From NCBI GenBank assembly GCA_037132815.1, contig JBAHZX010000104.1, forward strand, positions 16,599 through 80,598: a stretch of DNA of 64,000 bases, given 5' to 3'. Below are positions 1 to 10,502 of the stretch, piece after piece. This stretch comes from Shewanella sp. (GTDB taxonomy: Bacteria > Pseudomonadota > Gammaproteobacteria > Enterobacterales > Shewanellaceae). A program made the position numbers and the translations under genes. Under the pieces are notes generated by a model. It was not told the origin of the DNA. It made no database searches and saw only the letters and a program-made list of their open reading frames with translations. Numbering within the stretch: position 1 is the stretch's first letter; every line of letters begins with the position of its first letter.

Positions 1-110
1 TCATTCGCAAATATGTGCAGGTAGACACAGATCAGATATCCGTGCAGTTGGATCAAAATGATGACCAGCTCTCGGTACTTGAACTGAATGTGACCTTACC
101 GGAAAAATAA
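1..110 (+). CDS. minE: Cell division topological specificity factor MinE, 3' end (partial; not in the ORF track)
   Basis: Frame from base 3 reads [35 protein letters not shown], matching the MinE C-terminal ...VLELNVTLP motif; stop TAA at 108-110. Confidence 0.9.
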   Translation, partial: IRKYVQVDTDQISVQLDQNDDQLSVLELNVTLPEK

Positions 111-134
111 TTGTACTCACGAATCAATAGCGAA

Positions 135-165
135 AAATCGCAGTATCTGTCTGATACTGCGATTT
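135..165. terminator. Probable bidirectional intrinsic terminator between convergent minE and rnd
   Basis: AAATCGCAGTATC-tgtct-GATACTGCGATTT, a 13-bp perfect stem with A/T flanks. Confidence 0.75.
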
Positions 166-185
166 ATATATATATTGTTAGCTTA

Positions 186-1337
186 CTAAATACTCCTCGC
201 AAGCTTAAGCTCAGCCAATGCCGACTCAACCAACTCTTTACGCCAACCAGTCAATAATAATGGCAACTCACCGGTTTTACCATTCCATAACCAGTGTAAA
301 TACCCGTGAATATAACGTTTAGATCCCAATAATTCGATAGGAACCTGTTGCAGCTCAGATAGATTGACCAGACAGTTCTTTATCGCTTTAAATGAACTTT
401 TATAACCCGTTTTTAAAGCAATAACATCAATTGACTTAGGCGGATTATCCACATCGGCAGTTTTCAGTAAGGCTAAAAGGTCCTTGCCGTGAATGCGCTT
501 TTCCTGCTCGGTAAGCTCGATCATATTATAAAGATCTTGGCTAGTTTTTGGCTGTTTTTTGGATAAACCTATCAAGGCATGATCTTTAACCACAAAGCCC
601 ACCGCTAAATCACGCGTGATGGCTTTACTCAAGCGCCATCGAGCCAGCACCTTAAGATAGGCTAGCTGGATGGGGCTCAATTGGAAGGCATTCTTAACTT
701 TAAGGTATGCTTGATCCGGATCCAGCGGCGTCAACCGACCACAGATCATTCGCTTCCCTTCCTCAAACACCCAAGTTAAACGTCCCTGTTCTTGTAATTT
801 TTCGAGTAATTGAGGATAAAGATTATAAAGATAATAAACATCATTAGCGGCATAGTTAAGCTGAGCATCACTCAAAGGACGCTTCATCCAATCAGTACGT
901 GACTCCCCTTTATCTAAGCTAATATCTAATGTTTGTTCAACTAACTTAGCATAACCAAGTCCATGACCAAAACCACACAGGGCCGCAGCGATCTGACTAT
1001 CGAACAGGTTACATGGTTGGCAATTGCCGTTACGGGCAAAAACCTCGAGGTCTTCACTGCATGAATGCAGCACTGTAGTAATACTAGGCTCTGTCAGCAA
1101 ACTCCAAAACTCAGATGAATTATTGACGGCCACTGGATCAATCAAAGCTAATGTCTTGCCATCATAGGCCTGTATTAAACCTAAACGCGCATAAAAAGTG
1201 CGGGTGCGAACAAACTCGGTATCCAATACCAATAGATCACTTTTTCGATATTGCGATACGAGTGCAGTTAAGCTCGCATCGTCCTTTATATATTCAAACG
1301 CCAACAAGGTCTTCTCCAAAGATTCTGTTATATCCAA
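186..1337 (-). CDS. rnd: Ribonuclease D
   Basis: DEDDy exonuclease motifs (LDTEFVRTRT, DSQIAA, YAANDV), HRDC-like C-terminus, downstream of fadD; true start may be ~10 codons further in. Confidence 0.95.
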   Translation of the reverse strand: MDITESLEKTLLAFEYIKDDASLTALVSQYRKSDLLVLDTEFVRTRTFYARLGLIQAYDGKTLALIDPVAVNNSSEFWSLLTEPSITTVLHSCSEDLEVFARNGNCQPCNLFDSQIAAALCGFGHGLGYAKLVEQTLDISLDKGESRTDWMKRPLSDAQLNYAANDVYYLYNLYPQLLEKLQEQGRLTWVFEEGKRMICGRLTPLDPDQAYLKVKNAFQLSPIQLAYLKVLARWRLSKAITRDLAVGFVVKDHALIGLSKKQPKTSQDLYNMIELTEQEKRIHGKDLLALLKTADVDNPPKSIDVIALKTGYKSSFKAIKNCLVNLSELQQVPIELLGSKRYIHGYLHWLWNGKTGELPLLLTGWRKELVESALAELKLARSI

Positions 1338-1341
1338 AATA

Positions 1342-1362
1342 AAGCCGGCATATCGCCGGCTT
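1342..1362 (-). terminator. Intrinsic terminator-like hairpin after fadD
   Basis: AAGCCGGC-5 nt-GCCGGCTT followed by TATTTT on the minus strand. Confidence 0.6.
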
Positions 1363-1388
1363 AAAGAAAAAAGGTATCGTTGACAAGA

Positions 1389-3062
1389 TTAAGCTGACTT
1401 AACCTCATCCCTTAACTCTCTACGTAAGATCTTACCTACGTTAGATTTCGGTAGCTCATCTCTGAATTCTACCAGCTTAGGCACTTTATATCCCGTTAAA
1501 TGCAGCCGGCAATGGTCAATGATATCTCGTTCGCTTAAAGATTTATCATTTGGTACTACAAATACCTTCACTGTTTCACCTGAAATATCATTAGGAACCC
1601 CTACGGCAGCAACTTCAACTACCCCAGAATGCATGGAGACCACTTCTTCGACTTCATTGGGAAATACATTAAAACCAGACACTAAAATCATGTCTTTCTT
1701 ACGGTCAACTATATAGAAAAAACCTTGCTCGTCCATATAGCCTATATCACCGGTGGCCAAATAACCTTGTTTATCTATAACTCTGGCTGTCTCTTCCGGA
1801 CGCTGCCAATAACCCAACATAATTTGTGGCCCCTTAGCAAACAGCTCTCCAATTTCTCCCTGAGCCAAGACCTTGCCATCATCATCACGAACCTGAATAT
1901 CGGTCATAGCAACGGGAAAACCAATGGCTCCATTGTAACTTTCAAGATTATAGGGACAACAGGCCACTAAAGGTGAAGCTTCTGTTAAACCATAGCCTTC
2001 TAATAGTCTATTCTTAGTGATTGCCTCCCATTTCTCAGCGACAACACGTTGTACCGCCATGCCACCACCGATAGACAATTTCAGTTTTGAAAAATCCAGT
2101 TGTTTAAATTCTTCAGAGTTAACCAAGGCGTTAAACAGGGTATTCACACCAGTAATTGCAGTATAAGGATGTTTCTTTAATTCACCGATAAAAGCGGGTA
2201 TATCTCTGGGATTAGTGATCAGTAGGTTATTCGCACCTTTGTGCATAAACAGCAGACAATTTACCGTTAATGCAAAAATATGATAAAGCGGAAGTGCGGT
2301 CACGACAAACTCTTTGCCTTCGTTAAGCATAGGAGAATAAGCCGCATTGGCCTGTAGCAAGTTACTAACCACATTACCGTGAGTCAACATGGCCCCCTTA
2401 GATACTCCTGTTGTGCCACCGGTATATTGTAAGAAGGCCAGATCTGATTTTCCCAGTTTAGGTTTTACATATTGTAAGCGACGCCCGCGGCTTAAAGATT
2501 TTCTCATTGAGATCGCGTGTGGAAGATGGTATTTCGGCACCATCTTCTTGATATATTTGACAACAAAGTTCACTAAGGTACGTTTCGGAGCACTGAGAAG
2601 GTCACCGAGTCCGGTTAGAATGACACTCTCTATCGGTGTCTGTTCAACCACTTTTTCCAGAATGTGAGCAAAGTTAGACACAACAACGATGGCCTTAGCA
2701 CCCGAATCATTCAGTTGATGTTTCAATTCTCTCGGTGTGTAAAGAGGATTAACATTGACCACCACCATACCGGCGCGTAATACCCCAAACAAGGCAATGG
2801 GATATTGCAATAGGTTTGGTATCATAATAGCCACCCTATCGCCTTTCTCTAGCTTAAGCTCATTTTGTAGGTAAGCCGCAAAAGCCCGGCTACGCTCTTC
2901 CAATTTACGATAGGTTAAGGTCGCACCCATGTTAACGAAAGCAGGCTGATCGGCAAATTTCGATACTGAAATCTCAAACATATCAACAAGTGACTCGTAC
3001 TGTTCAACGTCGATCTCAGAGGGTACATCATCCGGTAAATTATCAATCCAAATTTGTTCCAC
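1389..3062 (-). CDS. fadD: Long-chain-fatty-acid--CoA ligase
   Basis: AMP-binding motif [13 protein letters not shown], plus GYGLTE, TGDIG and [12 protein letters not shown]; 557 aa; fadD-rnd synteny. Confidence 0.96.
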   Translation of the reverse strand: MEQIWIDNLPDDVPSEIDVEQYESLVDMFEISVSKFADQPAFVNMGATLTYRKLEERSRAFAAYLQNELKLEKGDRVAIMIPNLLQYPIALFGVLRAGMVVVNVNPLYTPRELKHQLNDSGAKAIVVVSNFAHILEKVVEQTPIESVILTGLGDLLSAPKRTLVNFVVKYIKKMVPKYHLPHAISMRKSLSRGRRLQYVKPKLGKSDLAFLQYTGGTTGVSKGAMLTHGNVVSNLLQANAAYSPMLNEGKEFVVTALPLYHIFALTVNCLLFMHKGANNLLITNPRDIPAFIGELKKHPYTAITGVNTLFNALVNSEEFKQLDFSKLKLSIGGGMAVQRVVAEKWEAITKNRLLEGYGLTEASPLVACCPYNLESYNGAIGFPVAMTDIQVRDDDGKVLAQGEIGELFAKGPQIMLGYWQRPEETARVIDKQGYLATGDIGYMDEQGFFYIVDRKKDMILVSGFNVFPNEVEEVVSMHSGVVEVAAVGVPNDISGETVKVFVVPNDKSLSERDIIDHCRLHLTGYKVPKLVEFRDELPKSNVGKILRRELRDEVKSA

Positions 3063-3167
3063 AAAACTCTCCTAAATCTCCACATACAGTGAATATAAAC
3101 CTATTGGCTTATAACTTATAAATAGATTGTTAACCAGAAGGTAAATCAACATTTAATTGTTATTCTA

Positions 3168-3198
3168 ATAAACGCCAGTTTAATACAAGTGTTTTAAT
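3168..3198. promoter_or_regulatory. Possible PsrA-like operator(s) upstream of fadD
   Basis: AAACGCCAGTTTAAT and ATACAAGTGTTTTAAT resemble the AAAC-N-GTTT PsrA box as recalled; position upstream of a fatty-acid degradation gene. Confidence 0.3.
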
Positions 3199-3247
3199 CG
3201 TGATTATCATCACATAAATAAACTAAAAAACCTAGCCCCATTTTTCT

Positions 3248-4138
3248 TTATCTCATTTTTAGCCCTTCAGACATAAAAGCACTGATAGTATGGGCTACCT
3301 CTTTAGCGTTGCCCATATGCAGATGATGATCGCCGCCTAACTGAACACAAGACAACTTATTGAACCAGAATTTGGCCTTAGGCAGTAAATTATTGAGCTG
3401 TTCATAACCCCCTTCGGCGGTGATCAAGAGTGTCTCTGTGCTGTGATCTGTCATCAAAGTATCCACCTGTTCAAAAGTCAATCTCAACGGAGAGTCTAAT
3501 TTAAGCCTAGGATCGCTACGCCAGCTAACACCTGTACCATCTTTTTGCATATTTCTATCAACTAACAATCGACACCAAAACTCATCAAGTCCAGTCAACT
3601 TAGCCCTAGCCTTAACTGCAAGTTCAATCGAGTCATACACTGCCGCAGTGTTCACTCTCTTATTAGCCAAACGAAGGTGACTGGCAAAGCTATTTTTTAG
3701 TCTCTGGTTATTTTTAGAGGCCGATTCAAATAATGGACTGATGGCTTCTAGTAATACTAACTTTTCGACTCGATGAGGAAAGGCTGCGGTATATGCTGCG
3801 GCGACGATACCCCCTAAAGAATGGCCAATGATCCCTTCGAGTGTTTCCTCTTGCTTAAGCGTGTTGATCAATAATTCCAGATCATAAAGATAGTCTACCC
3901 AGTGTAAAGGATAGTGTCCCGGTCTGTGCTCAGAATGACCGTGTCCAGGCCAATCGATTGCCAAGATCTGATATTGGGGGAGGAATTGTGCCAAAGGCTC
4001 GAAACTGTTGGCATTATCCAACCAGCCATGCAGGGCTAACAATAAGGGCTTATCTGAACTCCCCCAACGCCGTCCAGATAACCGTATATGAGGTAACTGG
4101 ATCTGGACCTCATTTCCTTTATCACAAGCATGCTGCAT
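3248..4138 (-). CDS. Alpha/beta-fold hydrolase (putative esterase/lipase)
   Basis: HGWLDN oxyanion motif, GHSLGG nucleophile elbow, C-terminal GDHHLH. Confidence 0.9.
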   Translation of the reverse strand: MQHACDKGNEVQIQLPHIRLSGRRWGSSDKPLLLALHGWLDNANSFEPLAQFLPQYQILAIDWPGHGHSEHRPGHYPLHWVDYLYDLELLINTLKQEETLEGIIGHSLGGIVAAAYTAAFPHRVEKLVLLEAISPLFESASKNNQRLKNSFASHLRLANKRVNTAAVYDSIELAVKARAKLTGLDEFWCRLLVDRNMQKDGTGVSWRSDPRLKLDSPLRLTFEQVDTLMTDHSTETLLITAEGGYEQLNNLLPKAKFWFNKLSCVQLGGDHHLHMGNAKEVAHTISAFMSEGLKMR

Positions 4139-4164
4139 AAGACCTCAATGTGATTTCACTTGTT

Positions 4165-4192
4165 AAAACGCCCCATTTAAATGGGGCGAAAA
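4165..4192 (-). terminator. Intrinsic terminator after the methyltransferase-like gene
   Basis: Palindrome CGCCCCATTT/AAATGGGGCG followed by TTTT on the minus strand. Confidence 0.65.
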
Positions 4193-4225
4193 GTGCCATA
4201 ATTCACTTAAAACGTCAGTTCATTA

Positions 4226-5053
4226 TTAACTGCTTTTAATAAACTTTAGCGTCATGCGATCGCTCTCACCTATGGCAATATATTTTTCTCTATTAAGATC
4301 ACCTAAAGCTAAGCTAGGAGGTAAGGTCCATACCCCTTTAGGGTAGTCTTTACTGTCTTTATTGTTGGCATTAATTTCAGATCTAGCGACTAAAGTAAAG
4401 CCAATTTTTTCGGCCAACTCGATCACTTTATCTTCATCTATATAACCCGTTTTCGCCCCCATACCCACATTGGCTCTATGCTCCACTACACCAAAGGTTC
4501 CACCAGACTTAAGCACCTTATACACCGACTCAAACGCTGGCTGTAATTGATTTTTCATGGCCCAGTTATGTAAGTTTCTAAATGTCAGTACCGCATCAAC
4601 ACTGGCATCGGCTCCCAATGAATAATGTGTCGGTGGATCGAATGTCACTGTTGTCGCTTTACCTAACTGATCCCGATTATCTAGCAGCCAGGTTTCAAAC
4701 TTCTTACCGGTTTTGGCTCGATAACCTTCACGCTTATTCTTATCGGTGGGGTTGGTATCGAAATTACCAGCAATATACTGACCATCAGCAGCTAGGTATG
4801 GGGCTAATATTTCTGCATACCAACCTCCCCCAGGCCAGAGTTCGACAACGGTATTGTTTGGTTTAATGTCAAAAAAATTAAGGGTCTTTAATGGATGACG
4901 AAACTCATCTCGACTGATATTTTTATCTTGTCTAAAATCGCTGTCTATTACTTGTTGTAAACTGGTGATCCCGTGGCCATCAGAGTGAGCCAAGGCATTG
5001 AAGCTCAGCGTGACACCGACAATTATGCCTGCCACAAACATATTATTTCTCAT
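4226..5053 (-). CDS. Predicted class I SAM-dependent methyltransferase-like protein with signal peptide (COG4798-like)
   Basis: N-terminal signal peptide ending ALA-H; VVELWPGGGWY SAM-binding motif; TFRNLHNW; GESDRMTLKF C-terminal motif. Confidence 0.8.
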   Translation of the reverse strand: MRNNMFVAGIIVGVTLSFNALAHSDGHGITSLQQVIDSDFRQDKNISRDEFRHPLKTLNFFDIKPNNTVVELWPGGGWYAEILAPYLAADGQYIAGNFDTNPTDKNKREGYRAKTGKKFETWLLDNRDQLGKATTVTFDPPTHYSLGADASVDAVLTFRNLHNWAMKNQLQPAFESVYKVLKSGGTFGVVEHRANVGMGAKTGYIDEDKVIELAEKIGFTLVARSEINANNKDSKDYPKGVWTLPPSLALGDLNREKYIAIGESDRMTLKFIKSS

Positions 5054-5188
5054 TTTTCTTCCCTTTAATTAATCAATTAGACTTACCTAATCTATCAGCA
5101 GTTAGCTCAAAAACCAAGCAGACTTACCCGACCATTAATAAGCTCATAGGCTGAATAATGGAGGGGGTTTAATAAAAAAACAAATGAA

Positions 5189-5866
5189 CTAGACTGATTT
5201 AGCGATTTTAGCAGCAGAGCGGGAAACTCGTTGCCAGCAAAGAAAAATCATACAAGCACTGAACACCAGCCAAATTGACACCCAAATCCAAGCTGGGATC
5301 CAGGTTGTACCGGCCAACATGGCGGCATCACCTTCCCCATTGAGACCAAGCAAAAAGGTCGGACTTGCCAAAGCATTTAACATTATCATTAAGGCCATGA
5401 TCCTTAGGCCACTGCCCATAAAGCGGTTTTTATTTAACTTAAGTGGCAGCAAAAATAGCACGGCAAGACTGGCTAAAATCGAGATAGTCAGTAAATCTCG
5501 TCCCCACAATAATGTGGTCAATATAACCGCCCCCCCCAAGAAAGCAAAACTCACTCTAATCCCCTTGGGCCAAGTCGCAAGAATAAAAATTAAATAGCCC
5601 CAAAGCGCGGCACCAAAATAGCCGCTAAAGCCGATAGCGACAGACCAACCACCTTGACTAAAGCACAGTCCTGCACCGTTAGGGAAAAGCTGAATATGGC
5701 TTACTGAACCACCGGTTAATAAAGTGGCTAAGCCGTGAGAAAGTTCATGAAAATAACTTTCGAGCCATTTAAAAGGGACGCTGATAAAAGGCAAGCGTGT
5801 AATGATAAAAGCGATTAACAATTCAGCTAAAAACCGCCACCGACCAGGGACACCCGTTACTGACAT
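5189..5866 (-). CDS. M50-family (M50B-like) membrane metallopeptidase
   Basis: HELSH (HExxH) within multiple TM segments, later GDA motif. Confidence 0.8.
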   Translation of the reverse strand: MSVTGVPGRWRFLAELLIAFIITRLPFISVPFKWLESYFHELSHGLATLLTGGSVSHIQLFPNGAGLCFSQGGWSVAIGFSGYFGAALWGYLIFILATWPKGIRVSFAFLGGAVILTTLLWGRDLLTISILASLAVLFLLPLKLNKNRFMGSGLRIMALMIMLNALASPTFLLGLNGEGDAAMLAGTTWIPAWIWVSIWLVFSACMIFLCWQRVSRSAAKIAKSV

Positions 5867-6063
5867 ACTAATTTGAAGCTTAATTGGACTCGAAGGTTAA
5901 AAGCATAGGCATCGATAGGGGTCAGTGCGATATTTGAGATCCTAGACTTGAGTACGTTAGAATGGTTGGTTTGAATTTGCATTATATCGACTCTCCTTCT
6001 TGGGCCACTGGTATTTTCATCAATGGCTATTAATTAAGCTTATCTTAGCTGCAAGCATAAGTC

Positions 6064-6783
6064 CTATTCACGTCCCGGTAATTTTTTCCAGGTTACTGTA
6101 TCTCGTACATATACAGGTGCTAGTTCATCTACTGAAGTCGTCAGTCCTTGAGTATAACCTTGTTTTGCCAGTGCTAACATAGATTTAGCATCGGGAAATT
6201 TAATATTATCAGCAGGCACTAACTCTTTTGATAACTCGAGTAGTTGAGGATAGGTGTCAAATCCAGTACCAGTGGCTAGGAGAGTGCCATGGGTATTTGG
6301 CGCTAGGGTCACTAAATCTGGAGCGATAACCACTTCAGAACATACAGGCTGTGCGATACCGTCAATAATTACAAATTGGCCCCAGTAGACCTCTCCCATT
6401 CTAGCATCGATAGCAGTAATAATCTGCTCGCCTCCTTGATCGTCAAATACGGTTTGAGCCATGGTTTGCAGGCTTGATATACCAATTACAGGGATATCTT
6501 GCCCTAATGCCAATCCTTGGGTCATGCTGGTACAAATCCGGATCCCAGTGAAACTGCCTGGCCCACGACCATAGGCAATAAGATCCACATCGGCTATCTT
6601 AATATTGGCTTGAGATAAGACACTGTCTATCATAGGCAAGATACGCTGACTGTGTTCACGTGGCACTACCGCCAATTCATGATATATCTTGCCGTTGCTC
6701 ACCAAAGACGCAGAACAAGATTCAGTGCAGGTGTCTAGCGAGAGTATGGTGAGCTCAGCGGAGGTTTTCTGTATATCTGTCAT
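6064..6783 (-). CDS. tsaB: tRNA threonylcarbamoyladenosine biosynthesis protein TsaB
   Basis: LDTCTESCS, GRGPGSFTGIRI, IDARMGEVY, C-terminal WKKLPGRE. Confidence 0.96.
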   Translation of the reverse strand: MTDIQKTSAELTILSLDTCTESCSASLVSNGKIYHELAVVPREHSQRILPMIDSVLSQANIKIADVDLIAYGRGPGSFTGIRICTSMTQGLALGQDIPVIGISSLQTMAQTVFDDQGGEQIITAIDARMGEVYWGQFVIIDGIAQPVCSEVVIAPDLVTLAPNTHGTLLATGTGFDTYPQLLELSKELVPADNIKFPDAKSMLALAKQGYTQGLTTSVDELAPVYVRDTVTWKKLPGRE

Positions 6784-6982
6784 TTCTTACCACAAAAAAT
6801 AAGGCTAAAGTCACACCCCAATGAACACAAGTAATTCAATGAACAATGAGGTGACGTTAAGATTGGCCATTATAACCTATGTGATATTCACTTGTCGGTG
6901 GTTAAGATTTAAATTAATCCATTAAACCTCTATTTCGCGGCTAAAAATTAAAATCATCGCAATAGTCGTTTCTATATAAACG

Positions 6983-7014
6983 TTCGGATATTCGGATATT
7001 CGGATATTCAGATA
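6983..7014 (+). repeat. Tandem 8-bp repeat, (TTCGGATA)x3 plus TTCAGATA
   Basis: Directly visible: ttcggata ttcggata ttcggata ttcagata. Confidence 0.85.
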
Positions 7015-7062
7015 AATAATGAAATTTAAATAAGCCTTTTTGCTTATGATCGCCGAGACGAG

Positions 7063-9009
7063 CTATTTTATCTGCTGTAAAAAGTCTACAACTTTATCCA
7101 TGTCACGCGTACGGCTCATGGGAGGAAGAGAGTTTAAAAATGCCTCACCATACTCTCGGTTCACGATACGGTTATCACACAAGATCAATACTCCCTTGTC
7201 TCTTTCATCTCGGATCAGACGACCAACGCCTTGACTCAACGAAATAACGGCCTGTGGCAGAGAGACACTGGTAAAAGGATCTTGTCCATTTCGAGAGACA
7301 TTCTCAGCTCTGGCTCTATATAAGGTATCATTGGGTGACACAAAGGGTAGCTTGTCAATGATGACACAGCTGAGCAGTCTGCCACGAACATCGACCCCCT
7401 CCCAAAATGCACCCGTTCCCAGCAATACGGCGTTACCCAACTGCCTGAATTTTTTCATCAGACTCTGTTTACTTCCTTGACCCTGAACTAACAAAGGATA
7501 ATCAATTTGACTTTGAAGGCGAACTGCTACGGCATTCATCATACGGTGACTAGTGAACAAGATGAAAGTTCTTCCCTTTGCCGCGTTGATGGCCTTCACC
7601 GATACATTAATTAACTCGCTCACAGCTGCCTCATGATGACTCACTTTAGAAAGATGACGTGGCACACACAACAAGGCATTGGCTCGATAGTCGAAGGGGC
7701 TGTCTAATATGATCTGCTGACTTTTATCTATGCCTAATCCCTTAGTAAATAGGCTTAAGTCCCGATTAACTTGCAGTGTCGCCGAAGTGAAAACCCAAGT
7801 CGTTTGATTGTCGAAAAGATGTCGACACTCTTTTGCAACATTGATCGGCGAGATCCTAAGAATGCAGTACCTATGTCCTAAGTCAACACTATAAGCCGCT
7901 TGGTTATTTTCACACTGGAAAAATAAGGTCAATTTATTAATCAACACTTTGAGTTTCTCTAGTGTTTCATCTAACGCTTCGCTTCTGCCTACATGATTTA
8001 AGAGCAAGGATGCTAATGACTCAAGTTCTTGTAACAGATTCCAAGACAGTTTCGACAAATCTTTGTTACCCATCAAAATACGCCAGTCTGACTCACCACG
8101 AGCAAACAACTGATTATGCCAATCATTCAAAAGACTATCACAGCCAGATGCCAACGCTTGGAGTTGCGGTGTATCCCTTAACTCCAAGCGATAAATCGCT
8201 AGTATCTGATTAAATAACACATTAAAACTTCTGGTTGAAATTTGTTGACCAAAATAGGTAATGGCAATATCTGGCAATAGATGAGCCTCATCAAATATCA
8301 CCACATCCGAGTCGGGCAATAACTCGGCAAATCCAGTATCTTTAAGTACTCTATCAGCAAAGAATAGATGATGATTGACCACTATTATCTTGGCATCCAT
8401 GGCTCTTACTCGAGCCTTGCGGGTAAAACAAACATCATAATGGGGACATTTTTTCCCGGTACATGTTTCCCGACTACTGGCGATAAGGGTTAATGCTTCG
8501 GCATTTTCAGATACTGATGTCAAGCCTCCCAAATCACCATCTAGAGTCTGACCCGCCCATTGATTGATCCTTAGCAGATCGTCTAGCACCTTAGGCAAGA
8601 GGGAATCACAGCCTTCTAACTGCTTATTTAACAAATCTTGACAAAGATAATTACTGCGGCCTTTTAACAGTGCAACTTTAGGCGAGATATTTAGCATTTT
8701 CAACAAGGTGGGAAGATCTTTAAAAAATAACTGCTCCTGTAGATTTTTACTGCCAGTACTGACAATAATCTGTTTACCACTCAAAAGCGCGGGGATCAAA
8801 TAAGCAAAGGTTTTTCCTACCCCCGTCCCTGCTTCTATAACGAGATTTGTATTCTCAATGATGGCTTTACTCACCGCCACGGCCATCTGCTCTTGCACCA
8901 CTCTAGGCCGATAGCCCCGAATATGCTTAGATAATACTCCACCGTCATCGAAAACCTGTTGGCTATCGATGATCAATCTGCCGATATTACTGTTAGTTAA
9001 TACATTCAA
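7063..9009 (-). CDS. yoaA: ATP-dependent DNA helicase, DinG/YoaA family (Fe-S)
   Basis: EAGTGVGKT Walker A, DEAH, Fe-S Cys cluster, QGVGRLIR; adjacent to tsaB. Confidence 0.92.
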   Translation of the reverse strand: MNVLTNSNIGRLIIDSQQVFDDGGVLSKHIRGYRPRVVQEQMAVAVSKAIIENTNLVIEAGTGVGKTFAYLIPALLSGKQIIVSTGSKNLQEQLFFKDLPTLLKMLNISPKVALLKGRSNYLCQDLLNKQLEGCDSLLPKVLDDLLRINQWAGQTLDGDLGGLTSVSENAEALTLIASSRETCTGKKCPHYDVCFTRKARVRAMDAKIIVVNHHLFFADRVLKDTGFAELLPDSDVVIFDEAHLLPDIAITYFGQQISTRSFNVLFNQILAIYRLELRDTPQLQALASGCDSLLNDWHNQLFARGESDWRILMGNKDLSKLSWNLLQELESLASLLLNHVGRSEALDETLEKLKVLINKLTLFFQCENNQAAYSVDLGHRYCILRISPINVAKECRHLFDNQTTWVFTSATLQVNRDLSLFTKGLGIDKSQQIILDSPFDYRANALLCVPRHLSKVSHHEAAVSELINVSVKAINAAKGRTFILFTSHRMMNAVAVRLQSQIDYPLLVQGQGSKQSLMKKFRQLGNAVLLGTGAFWEGVDVRGRLLSCVIIDKLPFVSPNDTLYRARAENVSRNGQDPFTSVSLPQAVISLSQGVGRLIRDERDKGVLILCDNRIVNREYGEAFLNSLPPMSRTRDMDKVVDFLQQIK

Positions 9010-9257
9010 TTTTCAGGTAAAAATTAGGTAGTCATACTTGATGCTGCATTATCCCTTATTATCATCATGCTTCAAGTCTCAGTTGGTATTTTATCGGTAA
9101 ACAAACATGCAAGTTTATCAAAATCGCATATAACAGTGAAAGATGAGCAGATAGCATCCGGCCAGAACTCGGTAGACACTATGGAAAACATAAGCTTTAA
9201 TTTGTTGATTCAGATATAAGATATAGATGAAGATTATTCATTGATGTAAAATAGGTA

Positions 9258-9286
9258 TTGCAATCACTAAAAAAAATGATTATTTT
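9258..9286 (+). promoter_or_regulatory. Putative sigma70 promoter of the his operon
   Basis: TTGCAA-17 bp-TATTTT upstream of the leader peptide. Confidence 0.5.
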
Positions 9287-9357
9287 ACATATGCCAGTTT
9301 TCATCGCCTAAGGGTAAACTGAGTACTCATTGAAATCACAGAGAAAGAGATAAGAAT

Positions 9358-9402
9358 ATGATACAGCTTCTGAACATTATCCATCACCATCATATGCGGT
9401 AG
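9358..9402 (+). CDS. hisL: his operon leader peptide MIQLLNIIHHHHMR
   Basis: 14-codon ORF with four consecutive His codons (CAT CAC CAT CAT), followed by attenuator hairpins upstream of hisG. Confidence 0.88.
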   Translation: MIQLLNIIHHHHMR

Positions 9403-9459
9403 CCTTCGGAAGCTCACTGCCGAAGAACTATTTCCTTCTGGCGGTTGATTCAAAATATC

Positions 9460-9496
9460 AAAACCCCTGGAAGGAATTCTGGGGGTTTTTCGTTTT
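9460..9496 (+). terminator. his attenuator terminator
   Basis: AAAACCCCTGGAA-ggaa-TTCTGGGGGTTTTT stem plus T tract; upstream TTCCTTCTGG can pair with CTGGAAGGAA as an antiterminator. Confidence 0.85.
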
Positions 9497-9595
9497 AACG
9501 TTTTTTGTTATTAATTAGCTGATTTATCAAAATAAAAATCAGTAAAGAACAAAATAAAACCAGATATTAGAATCTAACTTAATAGGAAGTACATC

Positions 9596-10495
9596 ATGTC
9601 AGAGTCAAACAGATTACGTATCGCCATTCAAAAGTCGGGGCGTCTCTCGAAAGAGTCAATGAAACTCCTTAGAAGCTGTGGTGTTAAATTTAACATCAAC
9701 GAGCAACGCCTCATCGCCCACTCAGACAACTTACCTATCGACCTACTTCGTGTCCGTGATGATGATATTCCAGGTTTAGTCATGGACGGCGTAGTCGATT
9801 TAGGGATCATAGGTGAAAACGTGCTCGAAGAAGAACAGATTGAGCGTGAAAGACTCGATAAACCTTCTCGTTGTATCAAGCTTAGAGAGTTGGATTTTGG
9901 TACCTGCCGCCTCTCTTTGGCCGTACCCAATGAGTTTAGTTATGAAAATGCCCAGTCTCTAGAAGGTCTTCGTATTGCCACTTCTTATCCTAACCTGCTG
10001 CGCCGCTATATGCAGAAAAAAGGCATCACTTATACTGACTGTATGCTCAAGGGCTCAGTAGAAGTGGCACCACGAGCGGGTCTGGCTGATGGGATCTGTG
10101 ATCTGGTTTCAACTGGCGCCACACTAGAAGCTAACGGCCTCTATGAAACAGAGGTCATCTACCGTTCAAAAGCCTGCATCATTCAGTCTACCGTGACACA
10201 AACTTATGACAAGCAAGCCTTGATTGATAAGATATTGTCACGCATTAATGGGGTTGTTAGAGCCAAAGAGAGCAAGTATATTTTGCTTCATGCGCCAGTT
10301 GACACCTTAGACCAGATCGTAGCCCTACTACCAGGTGCTGAAAATCCAACGATACTGCCTCTCAATGATGATAGCAATCGTGTCGCCATCCACGTCGTAA
10401 GTACCGAAGACTTGTTTTGGGACACCATGGAAGAGCTGACAAAACTTGGTGCAACCTCTATTTTGGTCATGCCAATAGAAAAGATGATGGGGTAA
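9596..10495 (+). CDS. hisG: ATP phosphoribosyltransferase (long form)
   Basis: [38 protein letters not shown]. Confidence 0.98.
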   Translation: MSESNRLRIAIQKSGRLSKESMKLLRSCGVKFNINEQRLIAHSDNLPIDLLRVRDDDIPGLVMDGVVDLGIIGENVLEEEQIERERLDKPSRCIKLRELDFGTCRLSLAVPNEFSYENAQSLEGLRIATSYPNLLRRYMQKKGITYTDCMLKGSVEVAPRAGLADGICDLVSTGATLEANGLYETEVIYRSKACIIQSTVTQTYDKQALIDKILSRINGVVRAKESKYILLHAPVDTLDQIVALLPGAENPTILPLNDDSNRVAIHVVSTEDLFWDTMEELTKLGATSILVMPIEKMMG

Positions 10496-10502
10496 TAAAG
10501 CT

